Positions 15,365 to 23,112 of a stretch of 32,000 bases of DNA are shown in pieces. The notes under the pieces were generated by a model that had not been told where the DNA came from, did no database searches, and saw nothing but the letters and a program-made list of their open reading frames with translations. Source of the DNA: an uncultured Clostridia bacterium (GTDB lineage: Bacteria > Bacillota > Clostridia > Oscillospirales > Ruminococcaceae); NCBI GenBank assembly GCA_947627905.1, contig CANQXX010000008.1:10818-42817 (forward strand). The letters run 5' to 3'. The translations under genes and the position numbers were made by a program. Every line of letters begins with the position of its first letter. Positions within the stretch are counted from its first letter, which is position 1.

Positions 15365-15980
15365 CGTTACCCTTTATCTTGTGACCGACAGCCGCGGGAT
15401 CGACTGCACTGAATTTCTGAAAAGGATCGAAGCCGCCTGCCGCGGCGGCGCTGCTCTTGTACAGCTTCGGGAAAAAAACCGCTGTTCGCGCGATCTTCTT
15501 GCGCTTGCAAAGCAGGTCAAGCTGGTCACTGACAAATTCCATGTTCCGCTTATAATAAATGACCGAGCGGATATCGCGCTTGCCTGCGGAGCAGCAGGAG
15601 TACACGGCGGAAGCGAAGATATCCCTATCGCCGATCTGCGCCGTATCATGGGAGAAAATAGCATTATCGGAGCTACCGCGAAAAGTCTGCCGCAGGCATT
15701 GCAGGCTCAGGCTGACGGCGCGGACTATCTCGGAGTAGGAGCGATATTCCCTACCGCAACAAAGGACGCCGTTCTTACGGATATAGATATGCTAAGAAAT
15801 ATCTGTGCAAAAGTATCTGTTCCGGTATGCGCAATAGGCGGCATAACGGCTGAAAACTGCGGCGTGCTTTCCGGAAGCGGCATATCGGGTCTTGCTGTAG
15901 TTTCCGCAATAATGTCAGCAGACGACAGCGAAGCGGCAGCTTCGGAACTGCTCCGAAAAGCACGGGAGATAATATCATGA
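15348..15980 (+). CDS. thiE: Thiamine-phosphate synthase ThiE
   Basis: LYLVTD..., ALVQLREKN, PLIINDRADIALACGAAGVH and YLGVGAIFPT motifs. It overlaps the thiM end by 17 nt. The start could instead be the ATG at 15354. Confidence 0.9.
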   Translation: MKMKPDVTLYLVTDSRGIDCTEFLKRIEAACRGGAALVQLREKNRCSRDLLALAKQVKLVTDKFHVPLIINDRADIALACGAAGVHGGSEDIPIADLRRIMGENSIIGATAKSLPQALQAQADGADYLGVGAIFPTATKDAVLTDIDMLRNICAKVSVPVCAIGGITAENCGVLSGSGISGLAVVSAIMSADDSEAAASELLRKAREIIS

Positions 15981-16762
15981 AGATAAAAACAGTACTTTCA
16001 ATAGCAGGTTCCGATCCCAGCGGCGGTGCAGGCATACAGGCAGATCTTAAAACAATTGAAGCTCATGGACTTTACGGAATGAGCGTTATCACCGCTCTTA
16101 CAGCGCAAAATACCATGGGCGTCAAGGACGTTTTTACAGTGCCTGCCGATTTTTATTCCGTTCAGCTTGAAGAAGTCCTTTCGGACATCTTCCCCGATGC
16201 GGTCAAAATTGGTATGATCCCCGACGAAAATATCATGTACAGTACATATGAGCTTCTGAAAAAATATCATGTAAAAAATATTGTTATCGACACCGTAATG
16301 GTTTCCACAAGCGGGAAAAGACTTATGGAAGAAAATGCCGTTAAATTTTATTCGGACAGATTTTTATCCATAGCGGACATTATCACTCCCAATATTCCGG
16401 AAGCGCAGCTGCTCTGGGGCAAGGAAATTTTCTGCGAAAGCGATATGGAAGCTGCCGCGGCATACATTTCCCATAAGATCGGCGTTTCCGTGCTTGTAAA
16501 GGGAGGTCACCTTACAGGTGAAGCAGCCGATATCCTGTTCCATAAAGGAGAAATATCCCGCTATGCTTCGGAGCGCATAGAAAACCCTAACACTCACGGA
16601 ACAGGCTGCACCCTTTCATCTGCAATAGCCTGCGGTCTTGCGGAAGGGATGACAATTCCCGAAAGCGTTGAGCAAGCAAAAAAATATATTTCCGGAGCAA
16701 TATCCGCAGGTCTTGATATCGGGCACGGGAACGGTCCGCTTCTTCATAATTTCAAAAAATGA
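15977..16762 (+). CDS. thiD: Hydroxymethylpyrimidine / phosphomethylpyrimidine kinase ThiD
   Basis: VLSIAGSDPSGGAGIQADLKT and NTHGTGCTLSSAIA motifs. ATGA start/stop overlap with thiE. Confidence 0.9.
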   Translation: MKIKTVLSIAGSDPSGGAGIQADLKTIEAHGLYGMSVITALTAQNTMGVKDVFTVPADFYSVQLEEVLSDIFPDAVKIGMIPDENIMYSTYELLKKYHVKNIVIDTVMVSTSGKRLMEENAVKFYSDRFLSIADIITPNIPEAQLLWGKEIFCESDMEAAAAYISHKIGVSVLVKGGHLTGEAADILFHKGEISRYASERIENPNTHGTGCTLSSAIACGLAEGMTIPESVEQAKKYISGAISAGLDIGHGNGPLLHNFKK

Positions 16763-16777
16763 CCCGATGTTATGCAA

Positions 16778-16806
16778 TTGACATACGGGTCTTTTTGTGG
16801 TATCAT
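16778..16806 (+). promoter_or_regulatory. Sigma-A promoter with extended -10 for the flavoprotein gene
   Basis: TTGACA (16778-83), 17 nt, TATCAT (16801-06), preceded by TGg. Confidence 0.6.
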
Positions 16807-16835
16807 ATTATCAATATCAGAAAAGGAGAGATCTT

Positions 16836-17453
16836 ATGAAAGTCCTTATAATAAACGGAAGTCCGAGAATAAACGGCAATACAAGCATTGCAATAAGAGA
16901 AATGGAAAATATTTTCAGGCAGGAAAATGTAGAAACCGAGGTATTGCAGATAGGAAACAAGGATATCCGCGGCTGCATTGCCTGCGGAAACTGCTTTAAA
17001 AACGGCAGGTGCGCCTTTGATGATATTGTAAACGAAGCCGCTCCGAAGTTTGAAGCGGCGGACGGTCTGATAGCTGCAAGTCCGGTATACTATGCGTCCG
17101 CCAACGCTACGCTGATAGCTTTTCTTGACAGACTTTTCTACAGTACGGCTTTCGACAAGACAATGAAAGTTGGCGCAAGCGTTGTCTGCGCAAGGCGCGG
17201 AGGCTGCTCGGCAGCATTTGACGAGATAAATAAATTTTTCACCATTGCAAATATGCCTGTAGTTTCCAGCCAATACTGGAACAGTATCCACGGCAGAGAA
17301 AAGGGCGAAGCCAAAATGGACGAAGAAGGAAAACAGACCATGCGTGTACTTGCACGGAACATGGTATTCCTTATGAAAAGCATTTCGTTAGGCAAAGAAA
17401 AATACGGACTCCCCGAAAAAGAGCCGTGGAGCCCTACGCATTTTATAAGATAG
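16836..17453 (+). CDS. Iron-sulfur flavoprotein / NADPH-dependent FMN reductase family protein
   Basis: ATG at 16836 follows AAAGGAGAG. Flavodoxin-like N-terminus MKVLIINGSPRINGNTS. Compact Cys motif C-x2-C-x2-C-x5-C (GCIACGNCFKNGRC), as in Isf-type proteins. Confidence 0.8.
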   Translation: MKVLIINGSPRINGNTSIAIREMENIFRQENVETEVLQIGNKDIRGCIACGNCFKNGRCAFDDIVNEAAPKFEAADGLIAASPVYYASANATLIAFLDRLFYSTAFDKTMKVGASVVCARRGGCSAAFDEINKFFTIANMPVVSSQYWNSIHGREKGEAKMDEEGKQTMRVLARNMVFLMKSISLGKEKYGLPEKEPWSPTHFIR

Positions 17454-17468
17454 TATTATTCAGTAAAA

Positions 17469-17500
17469 ACGGGACTGTTCCGCTGTGGAACAGTCCCGTT
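17469..17500. terminator. Hairpin terminator between convergent genes; the U-run is best on the minus strand
   Basis: Perfect 11-bp stem gggactgttcc / ggaacagtccc with loop gctgt. The minus-strand reading is followed by GTTTTT. Confidence 0.8.
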
Positions 17501-17507
17501 AAATATT

Positions 17508-18386
17508 TTACATTGCAATAACAAAATTAATAACTCCGAACGGATAATTTACCGGAACTACACACGCTTTTGAAAGTCCCTTTATATCCATTTCATCGTA
17601 ATAACACTGAGGTTCAAGCTGAAGCTCCTTGCCTGTGTCGTTTGAAACATTTACGGCAAAAAGTCCGTTGTGCAGGTTTATGAACTCGCTTACGCAAGCC
17701 TGTGTGTATTCATCGTCGCCGCTCATTTCCTCTTTGGCAAACCTTGAAGCAAATGCTATGAGCGCAGGCTTCTCGGCATAGATCAGCGTTGTCATATTCG
17801 TACTGCCGCTTATGTTCTGGAGCACAACATTCTTTATAGGTTCCTTGAGTGCAAACGGTTCCATTGGTGTGAAATCATCGCCTATAAAACGTATGAGATT
17901 TTTGAATATCAGTGAAACATAATTTACTGCGTGATCCGAATCTCCGCCGGAAGATATATTGTAAAATCCTGCAACCAGCTTTTTAGCAGCATTTTCATCT
18001 GTATTGTTCATGTCCGAATCGGAAAGACTGTTTTCCTCTTTGTAAGACTTCAATGCGCTCTCAAACTGAGCATTGCTCATATATCCCTTATCAACAAGGG
18101 TCTGTCCGAGAAGAAGATGTCCGGTAGGCTGAGTTCTGAGAAGCTCTTCTACCTGATCCTTTGTAAGAAATCCCATTTCTACCATAACATCGCCAATGCG
18201 CTTATCGGCACGCTGCTGACGGTCATGAGCCTTTTCTACCTGATCTGCTGTCATAAGACCTGCATTTATTGCCAGAACACCCAGTTTAAGACGGGTATTC
18301 TTCTGGATCTGAAGCGCTTCGGAAAGCTGTTCCGAAGATACGAGCTGCCGGCGGAGAAGATAATTGCCGAAAAATTGTGTAAACAT
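17508..18386 (-). CDS. Two-domain protein: N-terminal tandem MshEN/T2SSE_N-like (putative c-di-GMP-binding) motifs and a C-terminal CheX-like domain
   Basis: GGGAGG lies 10 nt upstream of the ATG, 21 nt after the cheY stop. Residues 34-57 (KLGVLAINAGLMTADQVEKAHDRQ) and 63-86 (RIGDVMVEMGFLTKDQVEELLRTQ) fit RLGxxLLxxGLLxxxxLxxxLxxQ, with a 5-residue spacer (QRADK). Residues from about 150 to 292 resemble CheX, with conserved E234-x2-N237 (SEFINLHNG) and a C-terminal VVPVNYPFGVINFVI strand pair. Confidence 0.6.
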   Translation of the reverse strand: MFTQFFGNYLLRRQLVSSEQLSEALQIQKNTRLKLGVLAINAGLMTADQVEKAHDRQQRADKRIGDVMVEMGFLTKDQVEELLRTQPTGHLLLGQTLVDKGYMSNAQFESALKSYKEENSLSDSDMNNTDENAAKKLVAGFYNISSGGDSDHAVNYVSLIFKNLIRFIGDDFTPMEPFALKEPIKNVVLQNISGSTNMTTLIYAEKPALIAFASRFAKEEMSGDDEYTQACVSEFINLHNGLFAVNVSNDTGKELQLEPQCYYDEMDIKGLSKACVVPVNYPFGVINFVIAM

Positions 18387-18407
18387 GATATTTTAGCCTC
18401 CCTGTAA

Positions 18408-18767
18408 TTATTTGAGCGCCTTGGAAATTATTTTAGCAACGTCGTCATTCTCTATAGGCTTCTGGAGAAAATCATAAGCGCCTGCGAGAATTGCCTGCTT
18501 GAGGTTTTCCTGAGTACCTACAGACGAAGCCATAACTACCTTAGCTTTTTTGTCGATCGCCATTATTTCGGTAAGAGCTTCCACACCGTTCTTTACAGGC
18601 ATGATAATATCCATGAAAATAAGGTCGGGCTTTTCAGCCGTATATTTATCAACAGCCTGCTGCCCGTCAAAAGCCTCGACAACTTCAGCGTCGGGAGCGG
18701 CAGCCAGAACTGCGTCCTTCATTTTCTTGCGTACAAACATTGAATCATCGCATATCATTATCTTCAT
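18408..18767 (-). CDS. cheY: CheY-like single-domain response regulator
   Basis: 119 aa. Acidic pocket DD (MICDDS), phospho-acceptor D in LIFMDIIMP, a conserved S/T (MASS) and K (LQKP). AAGGAGAG RBS. Confidence 0.9.
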   Translation of the reverse strand: MKIMICDDSMFVRKKMKDAVLAAAPDAEVVEAFDGQQAVDKYTAEKPDLIFMDIIMPVKNGVEALTEIMAIDKKAKVVMASSVGTQENLKQAILAGAYDFLQKPIENDDVAKIISKALK

Positions 18768-18834
18768 TTGTAAACAGACTCTCCTTTTTGATAACTTTCA
18801 GCAATAATAAGCACATATTGCCGTTATAAAATAT

Positions 18835-18863
18835 ATTATAACACATGGAAAACAATTTTTCAA
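18835..18863 (-). promoter_or_regulatory. Sigma-A promoter with extended -10 for the cheY / cheX-like operon
   Basis: Minus strand reads TTGAAA (18863-58), 17 nt, TATAAT (18840-35), preceded by TGt. Confidence 0.6.
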
Positions 18864-18929
18864 CCCATAAAATACACAATCATAGCACGGCATTTTTAGC
18901 AGTAAAGATAATTTTACCCTTTTATGACA

Positions 18930-19075
18930 TTATTTGTACCTTGCGGGGATATAAAGCTCCGGTATATCGTTTTCTTTCACGGCTCTGATATAGTCCGGAA
19001 TATCCTTTATTTCATATCCGGTAAGCACACCTATGTATTTATGCAGATCGGAACGGTCTGCTCCGTTTTTCTGCC
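18930..19075 (-). pseudogene. Possible gene remnant: a protein-like open frame with no start codon
   Basis: The minus-strand frame reads ..VGIRQKNGADRSDLHKYIGVLTGYEIKDIPDYIRAVKENDIPELYIPARYK then a stop (TAA at 18932-18930). Stop-to-stop it is open from 19136, but it contains no ATG, and its only GTG has no SD. Its 5' part runs through the MCP terminator. Confidence 0.3.
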
Positions 19076-19088
19076 GGATACCGACCGT

Positions 19089-19114
19089 AAAAAAGCGGAC
19101 GGCTTTCCGTCCGC
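19089..19114 (-). terminator. Intrinsic terminator of the MCP gene
   Basis: Stem gcggacgg / ccgtccgc with loop cttt. The minus-strand reading is followed by TTTTTT. It begins 6 nt after the MCP stop. Confidence 0.8.
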
Positions 19115-19119
19115 TTTGT

Positions 19120-21054
19120 TTATGTATGGAATATTGCTATCTTATCACGGAGCGTAAGAGCCTGAGCATTGAGCTGCTCGCAGCTTGCTGCGCTTTCCTC
19201 GGCTGTGGCGCTGTTCTGCTGGATAACGTCGGATATCTGATCTATGCCTATCTTTACCTGACGGACGGACTCCTCCTGCTTTACAGTCTGCTGTGCAATG
19301 CCTTCAATAAGTTCATTTGTCTCATTTGTTATGGCAATTACACGCTTCATTGCTTCGGCAGTTTTATGCGCAATTGCAGAGCCGTGATTTACCGCGTCGA
19401 TACAGCTTCCGATAAGAATGGAAGTATTATTTGCGGCTTCCGCAGATTTATTTGCCAGATTTCTTACTTCATCGGCAACCACCGCAAAGCCCTTTCCTGC
19501 CGCACCTGCTCTGGCTGCTTCAACGGCGGCGTTAAGAGCAAGTATATTCGTCTGGAATGCGATATCCTCAATGGCTTTTATTATCTTGCTGATCTCGCCG
19601 GCGCTGTTTTCGATGTTATCCATGGCTTCAAGCATATTTCCGATCTCTTCGTTCTGCTTGTTTACCATTTTTATGGAACTGTTTGAAAGCTCCTGAGCCT
19701 TTTCCGCGTTGCCGGCATTAAAGCTGATGTTTCTGGAAATATCGTCCAATGAAGCGGAAAGTTCCTGAGAAGCTGCTGCCTGCTTTGTTGTACCGTCCGC
19801 AAGCACGGACGCTCCGTTAGATATCTGTTCCGAGCCGCTGTATACTTCATCTGCGGAAACATTTATGCTTTCTATCACGTCTTTCATTCTTTTACGGAGA
19901 GTTTCAGCAGATTCGCCTATACTTACAAAATCTCCGCTGTATGTAACTTCCGATTCATATCCGAAATTGCCTTCCGACATTTCATGCATCATATTGGAAA
20001 CGTCGCCTACATATCTGTCCAGTATCATAATAGCCGTTGAGATAGATTCCGCAAGCTCGCCTATTTCATTTTTTCCTATTTCATCGGCAGAAATAATATT
20101 TCCGTGAAGATTTCCGTGTTCCATTTCGGAAGCCATTTTCTTTACAGAGGTTATCGGCTCAGAAATGCTCTTTGATATGAAAATTATCAGCATGAAACCC
20201 GATATGACGATCATCAGTATGCCTATTGAAGCGCCTATAAACACAGCCATATTCCGGTTTTTTATCATTGTTTCCATAGGAGAGCCTGTAAAGAATGCTC
20301 CCTTTACCATGCCGTTTGCATCTATTATCGGGAAATATGCCGCCATATATTCGGTCCCGAACAATTCTGCCTCGTCAACATACTGCTCGCCGTTAGTTAT
20401 TACCGTTTCATAGATATCAGAAAGCATTATCGTTCCCACAGCACGTTCTCCGTCAGCGCCCGGAATGGTAGTAGATATCCTGCTGTCGTCACAATAGATC
20501 GTAGCGTGCGAGCCTGTCTGGGCATATACCTCGTCTACTATTGCGTTATCGCTGTAGGAATATCCTACGGTTATCATTCCCTTGTCTGACTTTACGGAGC
20601 TGCGGTAAAACAGGGACGCTTCCGAATCGGTAAACATTCCTGTTTTTTCGGAACTTACCACATCAAACATTCCCTCAGCGGAAATAGCGCAGTTATCCGT
20701 TTTATATCTGATTATGCCGTCGTTATCGGCAAAAACACCGAAAATGCCGTTTGACTTGCTTATTCCGTCCCATATTTCCGCCAGCTTTACGGCGTCTTTA
20801 TTTTCGATTGCATCGGTAAATTCAGTATTGCCTGCAAGAAGATATGCCAGCACCTGCGTTTCATCAGCCTTTGACATTATAGCTTCCTGAAGAACGTTTG
20901 AAGCCACAAGAGTTTCATTCCTGAGATTTTTAGTCTCGGCGTTAGTAAACAGTGCAACAAATCCCACAGTTATAGCAGCTGCAACTACTATAAGCAGCGC
21001 GCTTACCGTAACTGTAAGTTTTACTCCTATTTTTGATACTGACTTTCCGGACAT
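19120..21054 (-). CDS. Methyl-accepting chemotaxis protein with an extracellular Cache-like sensor, HAMP and MA signalling domains
   Basis: Two TM segments flank an approximately 250-aa ectodomain. The highly conserved hairpin tip is present ([40 protein letters not shown]). I prefer the ATG at 21054 (MSGKS..), 6 nt after GGGGTG, because the upstream GTG at 21063 lies within the SD. Confidence 0.9.
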   Translation of the reverse strand: MSGKSVSKIGVKLTVTVSALLIVVAAAITVGFVALFTNAETKNLRNETLVASNVLQEAIMSKADETQVLAYLLAGNTEFTDAIENKDAVKLAEIWDGISKSNGIFGVFADNDGIIRYKTDNCAISAEGMFDVVSSEKTGMFTDSEASLFYRSSVKSDKGMITVGYSYSDNAIVDEVYAQTGSHATIYCDDSRISTTIPGADGERAVGTIMLSDIYETVITNGEQYVDEAELFGTEYMAAYFPIIDANGMVKGAFFTGSPMETMIKNRNMAVFIGASIGILMIVISGFMLIIFISKSISEPITSVKKMASEMEHGNLHGNIISADEIGKNEIGELAESISTAIMILDRYVGDVSNMMHEMSEGNFGYESEVTYSGDFVSIGESAETLRKRMKDVIESINVSADEVYSGSEQISNGASVLADGTTKQAAASQELSASLDDISRNISFNAGNAEKAQELSNSSIKMVNKQNEEIGNMLEAMDNIENSAGEISKIIKAIEDIAFQTNILALNAAVEAARAGAAGKGFAVVADEVRNLANKSAEAANNTSILIGSCIDAVNHGSAIAHKTAEAMKRVIAITNETNELIEGIAQQTVKQEESVRQVKIGIDQISDVIQQNSATAEESAASCEQLNAQALTLRDKIAIFHT

Positions 21055-21092
21055 ACGATACACCCCGACAAATATTATTATTATCTATACTT

Positions 21093-21121
21093 ATTTTAAC
21101 TCAAACACAGCACATTGTCAA
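21093..21121 (-). promoter_or_regulatory. Sigma-A promoter for the MCP gene
   Basis: Minus strand reads TTGACA (21121-16), 17 nt, TAAAAT (21098-93). Confidence 0.6.
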
Positions 21122-21192
21122 GCATTTTTCAAAATATTACACAAGGTTTACTGATATCCGATGTAAAACGTTGTATAAAACTCCCAAAAACA

Positions 21193-22374
21193 TCATGTTT
21201 CAACAGTTATTGCCTTGGACGCCTTTCCGCGGACATATCCGCCGTCAGTAAGATCAAGCGCTGCGACGATGAACTTATACTCTTTTCCGCTCTCTGCATC
21301 TGACAGCGTACACTGCGCTATGCGGACGCTTTTATATTCATTGTACTTTCCGGTATCGGCATCGTAGATATACACTCTGTAGCCCTCGGCGCCTTCGACC
21401 TCGTCCCATGTAAGCACCGTTTTTCCGGCGCTTTTCTTATAGGTTATATTTTTAGGAACAGGAAGCTTTTCCGGCGCTTCATTATATTCTTCATCGGTAT
21501 AAATGCAGTTAAGACCGGCAGATACGGCATATTTTGCTCCGTCTGATCCTTTTGCCGCCGTAATCGAAATGTTTTTCTGGGTTATTTTGCCGGTAGAAGC
21601 GGAATAGTTGCCGTTATCGTTTTTCCAGTAATTTATACTGCATGAAGTGCTGCCGTCAGCCTTTACATATTTATTTTCTGACGAAGAAGAACTTCTTCCG
21701 TACATATATCCGCACACATGGCTGCCATTTATTTTTGTATCGGAAGGTATTGCTATTTCCGTGAGCGCAGAACAGTTCACAAAAACATCGTCATATATCC
21801 TGTCCAGCCCCGAGGGAAGATCTATGGAAGAAAGTTTTATACAATCCGAAAATGCACAGCCGCCAAGCATATCGACCTCGGCGTCAGGATCGGAAAAACT
21901 TACTTTTTTAAGTGATGTGCAGAACGAAAACGCATAACTTCCTATACCTCCGTCGGAAGAATTGGACACATCACCGCCGAAAGTTACTTTTTCAAGAGAT
22001 GTGCACGCATAAAATGCGCTGTCCCCTATCCCGCCGACGCTGCCCTGAAAATCAACGCTTTTAAGATTAGGACAGAACGCAAAAGCCTGTTTGTCCACCC
22101 AGTACCAGCAGCTTTCCGGGAAAGTAACGCTGGTTATATCTCTGTTGCCGTAAAAAGCCTGCTTGCCTATCCATGTCACGTCTCCGGGTATGACGATATC
22201 TCCGCCGCTGCCATTGTATCCGGAAATATATTTATCGCCGTCGGCATCGGTCTTGATAATAAATCCGCTGTCTGCCGAAGCGCTGATATTTCCGACGTTT
22301 TCTGCGCAGAATGCCATTATTCCCATGGATAAAACCGCCGAAAGAGTTATGCTTATCATCTTTCCTGCTTTCAT
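21193..22374 (-). CDS. Secreted BspA-type leucine-rich-repeat protein with a C-terminal fibronectin type III domain
   Basis: Signal peptide. Repeated FxxCxxLxxVxF units (AFAFCPNLKSVDF, AFYACTSLEKVTF, AFSFCTSLKKVSF, AFSDCIKLSSIDL, VFVNCSALTEIAI). The C-terminus LTWDEVEGAEGYRVYIYD...KEYKFIVAAL is FN3-like. AGGAG RBS. Confidence 0.85.
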   Translation of the reverse strand: MKAGKMISITLSAVLSMGIMAFCAENVGNISASADSGFIIKTDADGDKYISGYNGSGGDIVIPGDVTWIGKQAFYGNRDITSVTFPESCWYWVDKQAFAFCPNLKSVDFQGSVGGIGDSAFYACTSLEKVTFGGDVSNSSDGGIGSYAFSFCTSLKKVSFSDPDAEVDMLGGCAFSDCIKLSSIDLPSGLDRIYDDVFVNCSALTEIAIPSDTKINGSHVCGYMYGRSSSSSENKYVKADGSTSCSINYWKNDNGNYSASTGKITQKNISITAAKGSDGAKYAVSAGLNCIYTDEEYNEAPEKLPVPKNITYKKSAGKTVLTWDEVEGAEGYRVYIYDADTGKYNEYKSVRIAQCTLSDAESGKEYKFIVAALDLTDGGYVRGKASKAITVET

Positions 22375-22429
22375 ATATACATCTCCTATGTAATACGGGG
22401 GAACGGCTTGTGCCCTTTCCCCTTTCGGA

Positions 22430-23047
22430 TCATTTCAGTGATGTTTCAAGAGCTTTCTCAACATCCGAAGCGTTATTTCCCATTATAAAATAAGCATATG
22501 AGCCTTCCGTACCTACGATAGAAGCACCTGCACGTTCCACATCATCGGGATAGAATGCGTCCTGCTCACGGGCTTTTTTCTGCCTTGCTTCAAGGTCAGC
22601 CTTTGCCGAGGAAACATCGTCCGCTTCAATAATTATGATCTCTGACAGATTTGCGCTCATAGGACACTGAAAAATAAACAGCTCCTTATAATTTGCATTG
22701 TCCGCGTCAAGCAGGAAGAAATCGGCGATAAAATCCTTTTCGTCACTGCTTACCACAGCCATAGCAGGCCAGTCCTGACCGTCTATAGCGGCTTCCGCGG
22801 CTGTCTGCAATGCGCTTACGGCTTCTTCTCCGGTATCGGAAGAATCATCTCCGCTTTCGGAAGTGCTTTCCTCCGCTGAGGCAGTACTTTCATTGTCAGA
22901 TACTGCCGGTACGTCCGAAGCCGTTGTTGCGGCGGAAGAAGTTGTTTCGCTTTCGGTATCACCGGAAGTATTTTCTCCGCAGGCTGCAAGCATTGCCGAG
23001 CAGATCGTCATAGCCGCAAGAAATGCGGCGATCTTTACATATTTCAT
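22430..23047 (-). CDS. DUF4358-like lipoprotein with a Ser/Thr/acidic linker
   Basis: Lipobox (MLAACG) and a low-complexity S/T/E-rich linker. The C-terminal domain (..FIADFFLLDADN..FIFQCPMSANLSEIIIIEADD..AKADLEARQ..) resembles the DUF4358 proteins commonly found next to MBOAT/DHHW pairs in Clostridia. Confidence 0.75.
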   Translation of the reverse strand: MKYVKIAAFLAAMTICSAMLAACGENTSGDTESETTSSAATTASDVPAVSDNESTASAEESTSESGDDSSDTGEEAVSALQTAAEAAIDGQDWPAMAVVSSDEKDFIADFFLLDADNANYKELFIFQCPMSANLSEIIIIEADDVSSAKADLEARQKKAREQDAFYPDDVERAGASIVGTEGSYAYFIMGNNASDVEKALETSLK

Positions 23048-23112
23048 AATATTACCCTCTTATTTATGATTTTATATTATAGTGTAACCGGAAATCATCA
23101 ATACAAATCATA

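Noticed and set aside
18924-19157. 77-aa plus-strand ORF in the MCP-cheY spacer
   Set aside because: It has no RBS, runs through the MCP terminator and into the MCP 3' end, and the translation is not protein-like. The opposite strand carries the more convincing start-less remnant frame.
19033-20413. Plus-strand ORFs (217, 92, 80 and 82 aa) inside the MCP gene
   Set aside because: They are antisense to a highly conserved MCP signalling domain. The low-complexity translations are typical of MCP antisense frames.
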